DNA from: Podarcis erhardii
Taxonomy: Eukaryota
DNA: 64,000 nt
NCBI GenBank assembly: GCA_964252035.1
Contig: OZ176211.1
Direction: 5' to 3' (one strand)
The first letter of the stretch is position 1. Each line of letters opens with the position of its first letter. A model generated the notes under the pieces. It was not told the origin of the DNA and made no database searches. It worked only from the letters and a program-made list of their open reading frames with translations. Below are positions 25,889-37,965 of this stretch, piece after piece. The translations under genes and the position numbers were made by a program.

Positions 25889-25970
25889 TAGAATCATAGA
25901 ATCATAGAATTGGAAGAGACCACAAGGGCCATCGAGTCCAACCCCCTGCCAAACAGGAAACACCATTAGG
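25889..25970 (-). mobile_element. CR1 3' tail fragment
   Basis: tagaatcatagaatcatagaattggaagagaccacaagggccatcgagtccaaccccctgcc. Confidence 0.75.
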
Positions 25971-27988
25971 CGGGACTTATTATTTTATATAATGCTAATT
26001 TTAGAGGACCCCTCATTTTATATGCCACTGGTTTAAAACTTCTTAGATAGTTCCTTTTACAGCAATCAGGTTCTATTGGCAAGTAAATAGGTTCTAGAAA
26101 CGACCAGCAGACCTAATTGAAAGGAGTGTCAACTGAGAGAAGGGCATAGCACTTCTAGTGAAGAACATTTTTGAACATAAATTGCCATAGTCTGGAAGTG
26201 ATGGATAAAGATTGAAGTTTCATAATAATGCATAATAGTTTTCCTTCAGTGACCAGAAATGATCTCTGTCAGACAAGATACCAGAGTACATGCACTCCTG
26301 ACCAGGGTTGATCAAGCTTTTTATAATGTTGTGAAATAGATTTATTGTTCCCTGAATGCTGCTATTAATATTGCCATGTAAAAAGATTGCTCATTTATCT
26401 CAATCTGGACTTCTGGATGTGACTTGTTTGCTTGATCTGCAAACTTAAGGAATGTTGTTTTGGTTCGCTGAGCCCTTTCATGCTTTTTAGTTGGTTTCCT
26501 TTCCTTGACATTGTAAGTGTAAACTAAATTAAATTATGTTGCACCACCAATTGGCAGTGTTGAAATAGTTGCCTCTTCTGGTGCGATAACCGTTCCATCT
26601 GCTGTATGCTAGTGGCCAATGAAAGCAGATGGTGTTGCACTTTGCTGAAATATGTTGCAGATTTCCATTTTTATAAATGGAGTGCTTGAATCAACAATTT
26701 GTTTTCCATGCTTGCTTGTTTTATATATTTTTTTTAAAAAAGTTTTGGTATTTCCATATGTCTTTTAATGCTGATGTATAATTAGTATGCTTCAGGACTG
26801 TCTGCCAATAGCTGTTGGCATCAGTCTTTGTATGCATTTCAGTCTGCATCAATTTAAAGCTGTATAATTTGACAATAGGGCTTGCTTTAATTGCCCTAGT
26901 TAACATTGAACAATTGGAATTACCTAGTTCAGAGGCAGTTTTTCCACTTAATGTCTCACTGAATTTTCAAGAGGTGCGTGTGCAACTGGTGGTGTAAATT
27001 TTCAAGGCATGCGTGTGCAACCAACTATATGTGCCCTTTATGAGTTTCATTGTTAATTGTTTCATGTATAAGGAATACATTTAATCAACGTAGACATAAT
27101 AATGCAGTCTCCACTAATGTTTTGTAAGCATTTTATATGTGAACCCCATGAGACAAGAGCCCACCAATCCACTTCTTTTATTTTGGGGGTGGGAAAATCA
27201 TTTTATGTTGGTACGAAGTTTTTTAAAAGCCATAAATTTAGCATGTGTTTGTACTATATATACATATATACATAAGAGACATCTTAGGCATTGGAGATAT
27301 TTATAAACTATTGGTTCTTTCCTCTTCCATACAAGAAGATAAAAACAGGCAATATCTACCAGCTATCAGACCCTTAGTATCTTAAAACAGTTAGTGTGTC
27401 TTCAGCACACACTATGTGGGTTTAACGGGGGGGGGGTTGCTAATTCTTGTTGCTTAAAATGTTTTTAATGGTATTTAAGTACCTTAAGCTGAGCAGGTAC
27501 TTAAAGATTGATTTGGAAAGCATAGCTTACTATTTCTGAAATAAATAGTGTATTAAGCTTTTGCAGTATAGAGGTGGTTCTGTTGCACAGTATTTTTTAT
27601 CCAGATTATGGGAAGGCTACCAAGCAAATGAAACACCTTGTTGATTTTTTGATTGGAGACATGAATGTATGCATGTTGCCATCAACTGGTTGCACATCTT
27701 TTAGGAAGCATACCAAAGCTGGAATGGAGTGATAATGGCATGGAGGGATCAATGTTCTTACATCACAGTTTGACCGTCTTCTCTGTTTAGGCATATGAAC
27801 TGTTTTTGCCAGAATCTCAAGGGGCAAAGTACTCTATTAGCAGAAAGATAATTTAAAGTGTTAATGGTTACAAAATATAGGCTGCCAGCACATCTTAGTT
27901 TTCAGATTCAGAATTCACTGCCAGATTCATCTCCTGTATCTTCCCAGTCTTACTCTAACCTAGTTGTTGCAAAACCGGATTTCTGCTA

Positions 27989-28192
27989 CAGGCAACCCCC
28001 ATTTTAGGCACGACTAATATGTATGCAATTGCTCACACGTGCACAATACTGAACCCGGAAGTAACCCAGAAACGTAACATAAGATGTCACTAAAAAGGTG
28101 GAATGGGAGCTGGGGCGGAACAGGGTGTTTCAATTTCAGGCAAGTGCGCAGTGACCTGGAATGCAACTCCCGTGGAAATCAGAGGTTGCCTG
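27989..28192. mobile_element. Tigger-like MITE
   Basis: TIRs caggcaacccc / gaggttgcctg with TA on both flanks. Confidence 0.75.
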
Positions 28193-28318
28193 TACTATAC
28201 ATGTAACCTTTCCCCCCTTCTTGGTTCTTTTGTTTTCTCCAAAGCAAAGCTGGATCTTTAATACTCTGCCTCATGAATCCCTGTTAGGCAGCTCTCCGCC
28301 TTTAGTCTCTTCCCAGTA

Positions 28319-28535
28319 CAGTGGTACCTCGGGTTAAGAACTTAATTTATTCTGGAGGTTCGTTCTTACCCTGAAACTGTTCTTAACCTGAGGTACTACT
28401 TTAGCTAATGGGACCTCCCGCTTCCGTTGCGGCGCGATTTCTTTTCTCATCCTGAAGCAAAGTTCTTACCTGAGGTACTATTTCTGAGTTAGCGGAGTCT
28501 GTAACCTGAAGCGTCTGTAACCCGAGGTACCACTG
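28319..28535 (+). mobile_element. Tigger/pogo-like MITE (family copy 3)
   Basis: cagtggtacctcgggtta…taacccgaggtaccactg, TA flanks. Confidence 0.9.
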
Positions 28536-29323
28536 TATCTTTCAAGTAACATTTAAGTATATGGCTCAGGCAATATGTATTAATCCATTCTTTTCTGTGT
28601 TGTTTCTGTTGTATGTTAAATCTGCAAGGCTGCTTTTGTAACTTCTAAATTGTTTTATATTGGCAAGTTACCACCTTTAAACCTTTATTCATTTACAAAA
28701 AAATGTTAGAATTGCAGCAATTATTTCTGGCTTTCTTGAGCAAGCATGCTTAGGTTGGTCTGTTCTAAATCCCCCAAATTAAGCAAGGTTATCAAAACCA
28801 ATACAGTTCTTTTCATGTGCATGCAGTCATCTCCAAAAAAAGTTTCAGTGAGGAGTAATACTGCTAATTCCCCAAAATTAGCCTGTAGCGAATACACATG
28901 TAAGATACATGTTTGTGTGAACGTCTCTCTTAATGCATTAGAAGATCTGGTAATATTCTAGGATGAAGCAGCCACATCTTGCTCTTCGCTAGCCATTCAC
29001 AGCCAACTGATTCCACTTCCCCATTTTTTTTTCATTTCCAACTTTTTCAGTGTTCTGTGGTTGCTGAGCAAACCCAGTCTTCATTGGACTGTTTTCCTCC
29101 CTCCTTAAATTTCACCCCATAATATTTTTGATATGTCTACAATTTTGGGGTTTCACTCAAGCCTGCTGATACCTCATCTATGCCACTGTGTCTATGTAAC
29201 GATTGGTACTCACCCCTAAATTCCACAAATAGATGAAACAACGAGAAGGTCATGCATGCTTGGTGTCTAGGTTTGTTCTGTTCCCCTTGAATGCCATTAA
29301 TTTAAAAATATATTTACTTTTAG

Positions 29324-29374
29324 AGAACTCGAGGACGAAAACGAAGCTACATTCCTGAAGAAGAAAAACCTGAG
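29324..29374 (+). CDS. PHF14: PHF14 internal coding exon (51 nt; basic, NLS-like)
   Basis: Acceptor ttacttttAG, donor GTtgga. Reads RTRGRKRSYIPEEEKPE. Confidence 0.93.
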
Positions 29375-29503
29375 GTTGGAATTTTGAAAAAAATAATTTA
29401 TTTTCAGTTAAATTGGTGAAAATGTTGACATTTGAATGAATAATGTTGCTGAAATAAGACTTGTGCTCTTCTTCCACCTTTTTCTGTTTCCATCTATTGA
29501 TAG

Positions 29504-29625
29504 GAACGTATTCCTAGAGAAAGAAGACAGCGACAGTCTGTAGTACAAAAGAAGCCTAAGTCTGAAGATTTAAGAACAGAATGTGCCACATGTAAGGGAA
29601 CGGGGGATAATGAAAATCTAGTCAG
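29504..29625 (+). CDS. PHF14: PHF14 internal coding exon (122 nt; first two Cys of PHD4)
   Basis: Acceptor ctattgatAG, donor GTaggt. Reads ERIPRERRQRQSVVQKKPKSEDLRTECATCKGTGDNENLV+ag. Confidence 0.96.
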
Positions 29626-30176
29626 GTAGGTTTGATGCTGTGACCTTTTCCAGAGTGGATTAAAGTTCCATCTTCATCACTTTCACATTGTGGCTGTAAT
29701 GAATGACCTCTTAATACAGAACTTTAAAAAAAAAAAAATCTAAATTGAGGGAAGCATTGCTTTAGAAACAGTGGTTTGATCCATTTATTGACTTGCCACA
29801 TAACTTTATCCTGTGGATTTAAATGTAAGTAACTAGAGTAATGTTTTCCTAACAAAAGGGAATTAATTTTCTTTTGTCAGGGTGAGTTACCAGGATTCTA
29901 TAATGGGTTACAAAGGTAAACAAGGCACCTATTTTGACAGCTATCAATCTTCACCTTCTAATCCTCTGCCATGAAAGTTTTTTGAAGTTCACTTTGCTTC
30001 ATTCATAAGATACAAAGATCATTGTGCCCTTTTCTTAAATATTTCCAAATGTTTTATCTTAGCGCAATCTGAAAAATGCCTCATGTTGTGTGTTCTTCTG
30101 AGCTGTTAAAATGTTACAGGGTATACTTTGTGATTCTGAATTCAAATCAAGAAGGTGTTGTGATTCTTTAATGAAT

Positions 30177-30529
30177 TGTAGGTGTTAAAGAATACTCAGA
30201 TGACGAGAGCCTGCTCGTCATCAGTAATAATCAGTCTCACGCCAAGATGAGTTGAAGGAGTCTAACTGACTCTAGGGCTGCTGCGGCCCAACATTTATTA
30301 TGAACAGTAAAACATACTCTCTAAGGAAAATACAACAGTGTATCAGCCAGCAGATAAAGACAATACCATACATGGGTATCATGCCACCATCAGGCTATGC
30401 TATGTGGACCAATCATTGGGATCGCATGAGCTGTTCACGCGCTGTTCATGCTCCAAGCAACGCTTCCTGCTTGAACCCTGCAATAAACTTTCGCCCATGC
30501 ACTTATGCATAAGCAACCATTTTCCTACA
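30177..30529 (-). mobile_element. Possible solo LTR
   Basis: Ends TGTAGG…CCTACA (6-bp inverted), antisense AATAAA at 30294-99, CCAAT motif. No target-site duplication found. Confidence 0.35.
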
Positions 30530-31198
30530 CTCAGATGGTTTCTTCTTAACTTCATTAGATGACCCTTTGGCCTGAGAAAAAGGAATGATTTATGAAATTC
30601 TGACTTAGCTTTTGTTATGCAATAAAAATGCAGCAGCTACCAATTTTCAATTTCTCTTTAAAATGAGAGAACTTGTAAATGGGCTCTTGTAAAATAGACA
30701 TTGAGCAGGGAACTACTTTTTACCGTTTCTGTAAGGAAACACAAAAAGATTGCTTAGTTTTTCCCATGAACTTTTTGTTAAACATCTATGAAGGCCAGGA
30801 TCTTGCAGGAGCACAAATAAGACGCTACTGGGACTTGGAAGGTAAACGTTAAAGACGAAGGAATAGGAATACAAACTGGGAACAGACAAAAGAGACAACT
30901 TAGCTGCAAGTGAGCTTAACTGAAAGCCAAAAGATATCTGTGATCCAGTTCATACCCAACACTAAGCCAAACTATTATCTACCATTAACATGCAAATGTG
31001 AAAGTTCCTGGAGAAGAGTTCACAGCTCCTTTGCTCCTTCTGTTACACTGAGCCTTGGTTTGGTATATCATCTAAACCCAGACTTGTGGTTTTATCTCAC
31101 TTCAGACAGACCACAAGCTCTAGCCCAAGTTTCCACTTGGTTTACAGCTTAGGGTCTGAAGGACACAAACAGGCCCAGTTCAAGAGGACACACTAAGC

Positions 31199-31334
31199 CA
31201 GGCATAGGCAAACTTGGCCCTCCAGATGTTTTGGCACTACACTTCCCATCATCCCTGACTACTAGTCCTGTTAGCTAGGGATGATGGGAGTTGTAATCCT
31301 AAAACAGCTGGAGGGCCAAGTTTGCCTATGCCTG
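31199..31334. mobile_element. hAT-like MITE, 136 bp
   Basis: Perfect 27-bp TIRs caggcataggcaaacttggccctccag / ctggagggccaagtttgcctatgcctg. Interior nearly identical to 56049-56184. TSD not preserved. Confidence 0.85.
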
Positions 31335-34231
31335 CAGTTCACAGCAGTGCAGCAGTAGCAGGACTGGGGGAGGGGTAATGCAGCTGCTGTCCATGTTAAG
31401 TCACGATTTGGTTTGGTGTCACGTGCACACTGAGCTGTAGTGTTTCACTTTTCTACTGAACTATCTCAAATAAGAAACTTGGAACAATATTCAAGTACTA
31501 TGCGTAGTTTGCTTCTGTTTGGGTGCAAGGTTTGGAGGGTTCTAAGAAGAATGAAGAACTATTATGAATCCCATTGTAGTTTGCTTCTCTCAAGGATTTT
31601 AGATGCTGCAGTGAGGTCAGGCTAAATCCTCTTTTTTATTTCTTTCGTGATATCCTATACCTTCACATTATTAACTGCCACAACATGTCTGCCCTTCTGA
31701 ACTTTTCATTAAAAGTACCTTGATAATATACTGTGGTTCTAAAAGTTGGCATTTGTGTTACTTTTGCTGCCTACATGTTTCTCATCATAGTTTAACCAAA
31801 AGGGGAAGATTGTTAGAAGTCTTCAAACTTCTAAGAGAATCAAGTGATTATTTTCTGCATTATTCTCAATCCCAGTGTTTTAATAAACTCCAGAAGTTTG
31901 CTCTGGGGATTTATGAGTTTATGTATAAACATTACAGCTTAAACCTTTTGAGTTTCAGACAGTATGCTTTTTGAACACCACAGCCTTAAAATACGTGTCA
32001 GTATTAGTGCGTGCAGCAGTGATTTAGTCCATGTAATTGTCTGTAACACCTTGACTTATAGAAATAGATTTATGCAACGTGACTGTCTAATTTAGCCAAC
32101 TCAGATTTTTAATTGACTTGTCCACTTTTTAGTTGAGACATAGGCCTCCTTTATTACCTATAAAAATCACCTCTAAATTTTCCTTTCTCGCACCTTTTCA
32201 TCAGGAGGATAGTGTTTGGGACTGCAGGAATACAAGTTTGGAACAGTTGTCTGAGTAGCCCTATTATTTCATCAAGGCTTGTTATTAAATATATATCTTT
32301 TGGCCAGAAGTAAAATTCCACCATCTGTCAGTAGGGTGCCTTTGTTTTAAGAATGCACTGTTTTTTAAAAAATGGGTCACAATAATATCTTCTATCTCTC
32401 AGCAGTGGCTAGAACTATTATCGATTGAATTGATCTTGCTTCTCAGAAACAGACTGTATTTAAGAGGATGTATATAATCAATTCAGGTCCTTTGTCCTAA
32501 GAAGCCTCCTTGACTCATGTGAAAACTTCACCATATTGCTGAAGCTCACCTGCTAAAAATAGTTTCTTCCCAAGAAACTTTGGAGGTTGCTCTTATAAAC
32601 CTAAATGCTGGTGGTTCCCAGTGTGAGACTTCTGAACTTGTGAGACAATGAGAAGATGATTCTATGTTCATCTAAAATACTAAGTGATGGTTGTTCCCTG
32701 TGTTACGTTGTGATATTTTCATTTGTGTTTTTGTCAATATAGTTGTTGGAAATGTTATTTGTATAAGAAGGCAAATACATTCATGGTGCTTTATGTATTA
32801 TTGGAGACATTATATGGGTGAGGTTGCTGAAGCTGAATCTAAATTAGGCTTACAATTATTTTAACCGGCAGTTCTCATGACCTGGAGTGAATGGGAAGCA
32901 GGCATCTTTTATGGGCATCAGCCTCTACTGGTTGTTCAAGTATGCAGACTTGCAGTGCTTCTAGGCCCATAACTTGACAGCTAGAATATACTACAGTGGT
33001 CTCTTGGAAACAGTGCAATTATGCACCAGGTCTATGATGTCTTTCTTTAGCCCACAGAATGCAATTTAAGGTGCTAGTTATTGCATTTATATCTTAATAC
33101 CAGTAAGGCTGCTCTTCTCCCTTGTGTCTTGTTGCAGTCTCTATTATCAATCCAAACACCTTTCAAATGTTAGATCCATATGCCAAGATTATATAAAGTG
33201 AACTTGCAGGGTCTCATTATAGGTGACTTACCCACTGTAACAGATTTTCATTTCTTCTGAAGGTTTGTCAGACTAACAAGTTTGAGCATTTTCCCTATTT
33301 CATAATTTATTTCTTTTTATTATTTATTTAAAACATTTACCGCAACAACTGATTCTCATCACATTTTACATGATAGAATTGTGCAACAATGAGAACATCG
33401 CTGCAGTTTTAGCGACATTCTTTCTTGTAACAGGGCATTCTTTGAGTAACTCAGAATTTTCCTGTTTGGGTTGAACTTCAGTCACTGAAACATGAATTGG
33501 GGCGTTGCTTATGCATACATTGAAATTTTAAGTTAGGAAAGAGTTGCTTTTTAAATCTATACTGTTTATATGTAGCAGTCTGAGAGTTTGTTTTGCTTCC
33601 TTAAAAAAAAAAAAAGTGCTGTGCTGTTCTCCTTTTTTTATAGCTAATTCTATCTGTCATGGGTGATATGGGTTACAAGCTAATTTAATTCAATACTATT
33701 CAAGCTGCATTAATATTATCTGTAGGAATGAGTAGTAGATAGTCCAGGGATTTTGACCATCATTGCTTAAACAGGAGCGTTATAGATTTTGATTATGGGG
33801 AAAAAATTATGTTGAGGCTACTACTTCAACCATCTGATACTTTATCAAAGAGACCTGAAACGTATTCAGCTGCTTTAGACAATCCCAGGGGCTCGCCTAA
33901 AATTTTGCAGAATTTGAAACCACCTCCCTCTAAAGAACAGACTCCCAACCAGCACTACCCAAGCCATTTCACAAACTGCTTTCAAAAGTCCCCTCCCTTT
34001 CTAAAGTTATTTGCCCTGAGGCAAAGCAAGGATGTATGGGTTGCAATTTCAGAAACACAAATCTAAGGTCCCATTTTAGGTGTACCTGATTATATGGATC
34101 CTTGCCACTGATTTTTCATAGAAATATTTAAAAGCATTTTTTCTTACAAAATATTGATTGATGGTTGCCATTGCAGTAGTGAATACTGTCATGTTTGATT
34201 CTTTGTAACTTTTTGACAGTACAACTTTAGG

Positions 34232-35038
34232 CAGGGATGGGGAACCTTTGGCTGGCCTGTAAGACATTGCAGTCCTTGGAGCCTCTGTTCCTCGCCACTC
34301 TCCTCCTCTTTGCATTCTGCTCTGGCTGCAGACAGGAGGAAAAGCAGAAAATCTCAGGTGATAGGGGCCTGATCTGGAATGGGATCCTGGTATGGCGGGG
34401 TAATAATAATAATAATAAATTTTATTTATACCCTGCCCTCCCCAACCAAGGCCGGGCTCAGGGCGGCTAACAAGCAATAATAAAAACAAGTTGAATGAAT
34501 ACAACTTAAAAACATGATTAAAATACAACATTAAAACATTAACATTAGAGGAGCTTAAAACTTTTTACTACCACTGTGACCCTGGCACAGATCTGGCCTC
34601 TGCACCTGCAAATTACATTGCCCCCAAAGAATCCATTGCAGTGATTGCATTCTTTCTTCCAGTGGAAATTGCAAGTGCAGTAGGTCCAATCCAGACAACT
34701 GCCCCAGGGAACAAAGGTTTAACGCTCTTCTACCTCCACACCAGGGTTCCAATCCAGATTGGGCCTCTAGAGCTTTCTAATTCCATTGTGGAGGAAACTT
34801 CCACAATGGAAGGTTTTCTCCAAAGCAGATTGGATGAGGTAGAGAGAGAAAATGAATGAATGCATAGGATGTGTTTGTGTGTTACTGTGGATGAAAGAAG
34901 ATGGGGTGTGTGTGTGTGAGAGAGAGAATGAGAATGAGGGTGGGGTGGCGATGCACACCACTTGCATGCAGTTCCTGACATTACCTTTAAAGGACTGCAA
35001 CCCCTCTGATGGTGGGTTGGGGAGGTTCTCCACCTCTT
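34232..35038. mobile_element. Possible non-autonomous hAT element with a nested LINE tail
   Basis: Left end cagggatggggaacct, right end aggttctccacctct. Interrupted at about 34400-34550. No clear TSD. Confidence 0.35.
34400..34550 (-). mobile_element. L2/CR1-clade LINE 3' tail
   Basis: Reverse complement: ttgttagccgccctgagcccggccttggttggggagggcagggtataaataaaattt(att)n, a typical squamate LINE tail. Confidence 0.7.
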
Positions 35039-37965
35039 CTATATCTGATCCCCCCCCCAGCTATTTGAAAGGGTGTGACTCTTTCAAATATACACATTAA
35101 CTATTTCTTTGTTCTCTGATCTGAGAGTACTACATAGATGCAAAGAATTGCAGTATAAAGTGCTACAGGGAAACTCGTGACAAAGAAATGACTAAAGAAT
35201 ATCTAAGGAAATAAACTTAGAGCAATGTCAAAACACCATGGAGTTATTTTAAACGAATACTGTAGCCTTGCTTAAGAAAACATTTTTTAAGCAAGTGTAT
35301 CCATTTTAATGGCTGTGAATGAGCATTGCTATGAATGTGTACAGCACTCCAAGGCCTTGTTTATTACTGCTGTCAACATTTATAGATGAATCATTTTGTG
35401 GAGCATTCTATTATCATTGAGAAGTCCCTGTCCTACTGCTCGTACCCTACTCTGTTTTGATGTAGCATCTACCTATGTGCTTCTTGGGTTGATTTATTTC
35501 GTTGCTGCATATCACTTTGCCAACAAAACTTGTGGAAGAACGGAGAGAGTTTTCAACCGCAGAAGGAAAACTCCGTTCTAAGCAGGCATCTCTGAACATC
35601 AGGAAACTAGATAATATAGATGTCTCTTGTTCTTTGGAATAAATACTTCTGAACAATAAATAACATATGAAATAGCATTAATTGGATATCTGAGCAATAG
35701 GCGTTCATGTAACAGGCTTCTGCTAGCTCCTGGGATGTGGGAGGGGGAAAGTGGGATTTGGATTTATACCAACAGGTGGCATAAACAATTCCATTATTGC
35801 TTTGGATGTAGGTCTTGCAGTATAATTAATAGAAAGACTGTGAATTTGCACAAATGCTGGTTGTTATAAGTTTGACTAATGCAAACCCCCCCCCCCGACT
35901 TTAGTTCATTTAGTAGAGTGCTTCCAGAGTAAAATTGTTAAGTTTGAATCAAGTGTGTTGAGTGTTGCCCCATAGAAATCAATGGGACTGAATTTAGCCA
36001 TGACTAAGCCTGGATCCAATCCATATTTTTAAAATTACATCTGTAATAAACATAAGTAATTGAGTGAAACCTTATTGTGGCGTAAGCATATGTTATGCTC
36101 GTTTTCACAGTGAAGTATAAATTTAGATACTGCCTCAAAATAGTAGGGTTAAAATCAATAATGTTAAATATAAAATCAATAATGTTAAATATATATATCT
36201 GCTGCACTTTGCTTTCTTTTTTGCGGTTCTTTGGAGCATAATAATAAAGAATGTGTGTTATTATTACGAAATATAATTGGGGGGGGGATATTTATTGTAT
36301 AATGAAAGTCCAATCAGCAGCATATCTAAAGGTAGGGAGTGACCATTGTCTGAAACTCTGGAGGGTAGTCAGTCTATACATTACCGAGCTACATGGGTCA
36401 ATGTTTTTGAATTAGTATAAAGTCTTCGTGTGTTTCTATGTAATGTCAGGAAGCACATTCTTTGTAGTGTTAACAATGATGGTGTTTGATATTACCAAAA
36501 GCCTGTGCGCAGGATGTAGTGCTAAAAGAACTGCAAATGGGCATGTTTTGTGAATTGTTTTTAGTTCTTTTGAGGGATACAAATAGCTAAAATGTTATGC
36601 AAAATATATGGGAACTGCCTTTTAAGTGCTAATAGTAGTATTTGAAAGTCCAGTGCAACGAGCGATTACAGTGTATCTGGGCTTGACAGTCTTGTGTGTG
36701 AGGCATTAATGTTTTGCATCTTTTCATGAACTTCTCAACATGGCATACTTTCCTTCTGGAGCTGCAAAAGTAGCAGGCAGTTTCTTTTAATTCCCGCTGA
36801 CTTTCATATCTGCGATGAAACTATTCTAAGAGAATATATAATGGAAGCAATGAGTTGACATTGCAGGATTGTGTAGTAAGTGACTTTTACCACTGCACAT
36901 AAACAGAGCAGTTATTCTAAATCATAGCATCGGTTTCAGTCAGATAACCACTAAAATCACTGCACTGTGGTCTGCTGAAAATGCCATCATCCTTCATCTG
37001 CCAAATTAAGCCCGGGGAGAGCAGGCAGCAGTAGTGCCTGCACTGCTGTGGAGAGGGATGAGCCCTGAACCAAGCGAAAAGATGTTCTGGAAGAACAGTA
37101 ACCTTTCCTATGATGTGTGCCTTTTCCATTACATTTTTGACACAAAATGCTGCCAAATGATTTAACGGTGACATTTTGTTTTGCTGACTTTCCCTTTTTC
37201 TCATTAAAGAGAAACAAAAGTTGGCTTTGGGAAGGAATGAGTAGTCATGCGTTTTGAATTCTGTTACAGGAAGCCTAATTTGTAAAATTATTAAATGTAG
37301 GATTTTCCTGCAGCCGAGCTTACGAAGGATTTTGTTTCATTCTTTTTATTGTGTTTTTCAAAAAAGTACTTATCTCCTGTGATAAGGTTAATTTCTATTG
37401 TCTTCTTTTCCTGTTGCAGAAATTGCACATTATTTCTAATTACTGAAACCTCCCATATTGGCCTGTGACACTCAGCTCAACACCCTCCCATATTTGCTCT
37501 TCATAATCTTATGAATATATATATATATATATTCAGAAACTAGTTTAGAAAGGTGCATTGCAGCAGCAGGCATGGTACTTCCTGCCATAAAATGTGGACA
37601 TTTTTTAATTGGGAGCAACCCCCTCCCCCTAATAAATTATTGTAAAGCACAGAAGCTTATATACATCTCAAATTATATATAGTTTGTAAAGTAGGGAAAC
37701 AGAAAAAGGTACCTTCCCCTAATGTGATGCACACATGTATTGGCAGAATGGGATTTTCTTCAGTGCAAGCTAGTGGCACTACGGTCAGTGCTGAACCTTG
37801 GAGTCTCAAATTTCAGCGGCGCCTTGCGCAATGCCAAGATTTTGTGCCCCTTGCCTCCCATGTTCTATTCTAAATCATAGGAGCAGTGCCCCCGTAGCTC
37901 TGTGCCTAGCGTGACCGAACCAGTTGTGCCCCCCTAAATCTGCCTCTGCTACAGTTCCCTTTGCG

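Noticed and set aside
34076-34531. 151-aa minus-strand ORF with a poly-Tyr run
   Set aside because: It spans an (ATT)n LINE tail and a MITE; chance frame.
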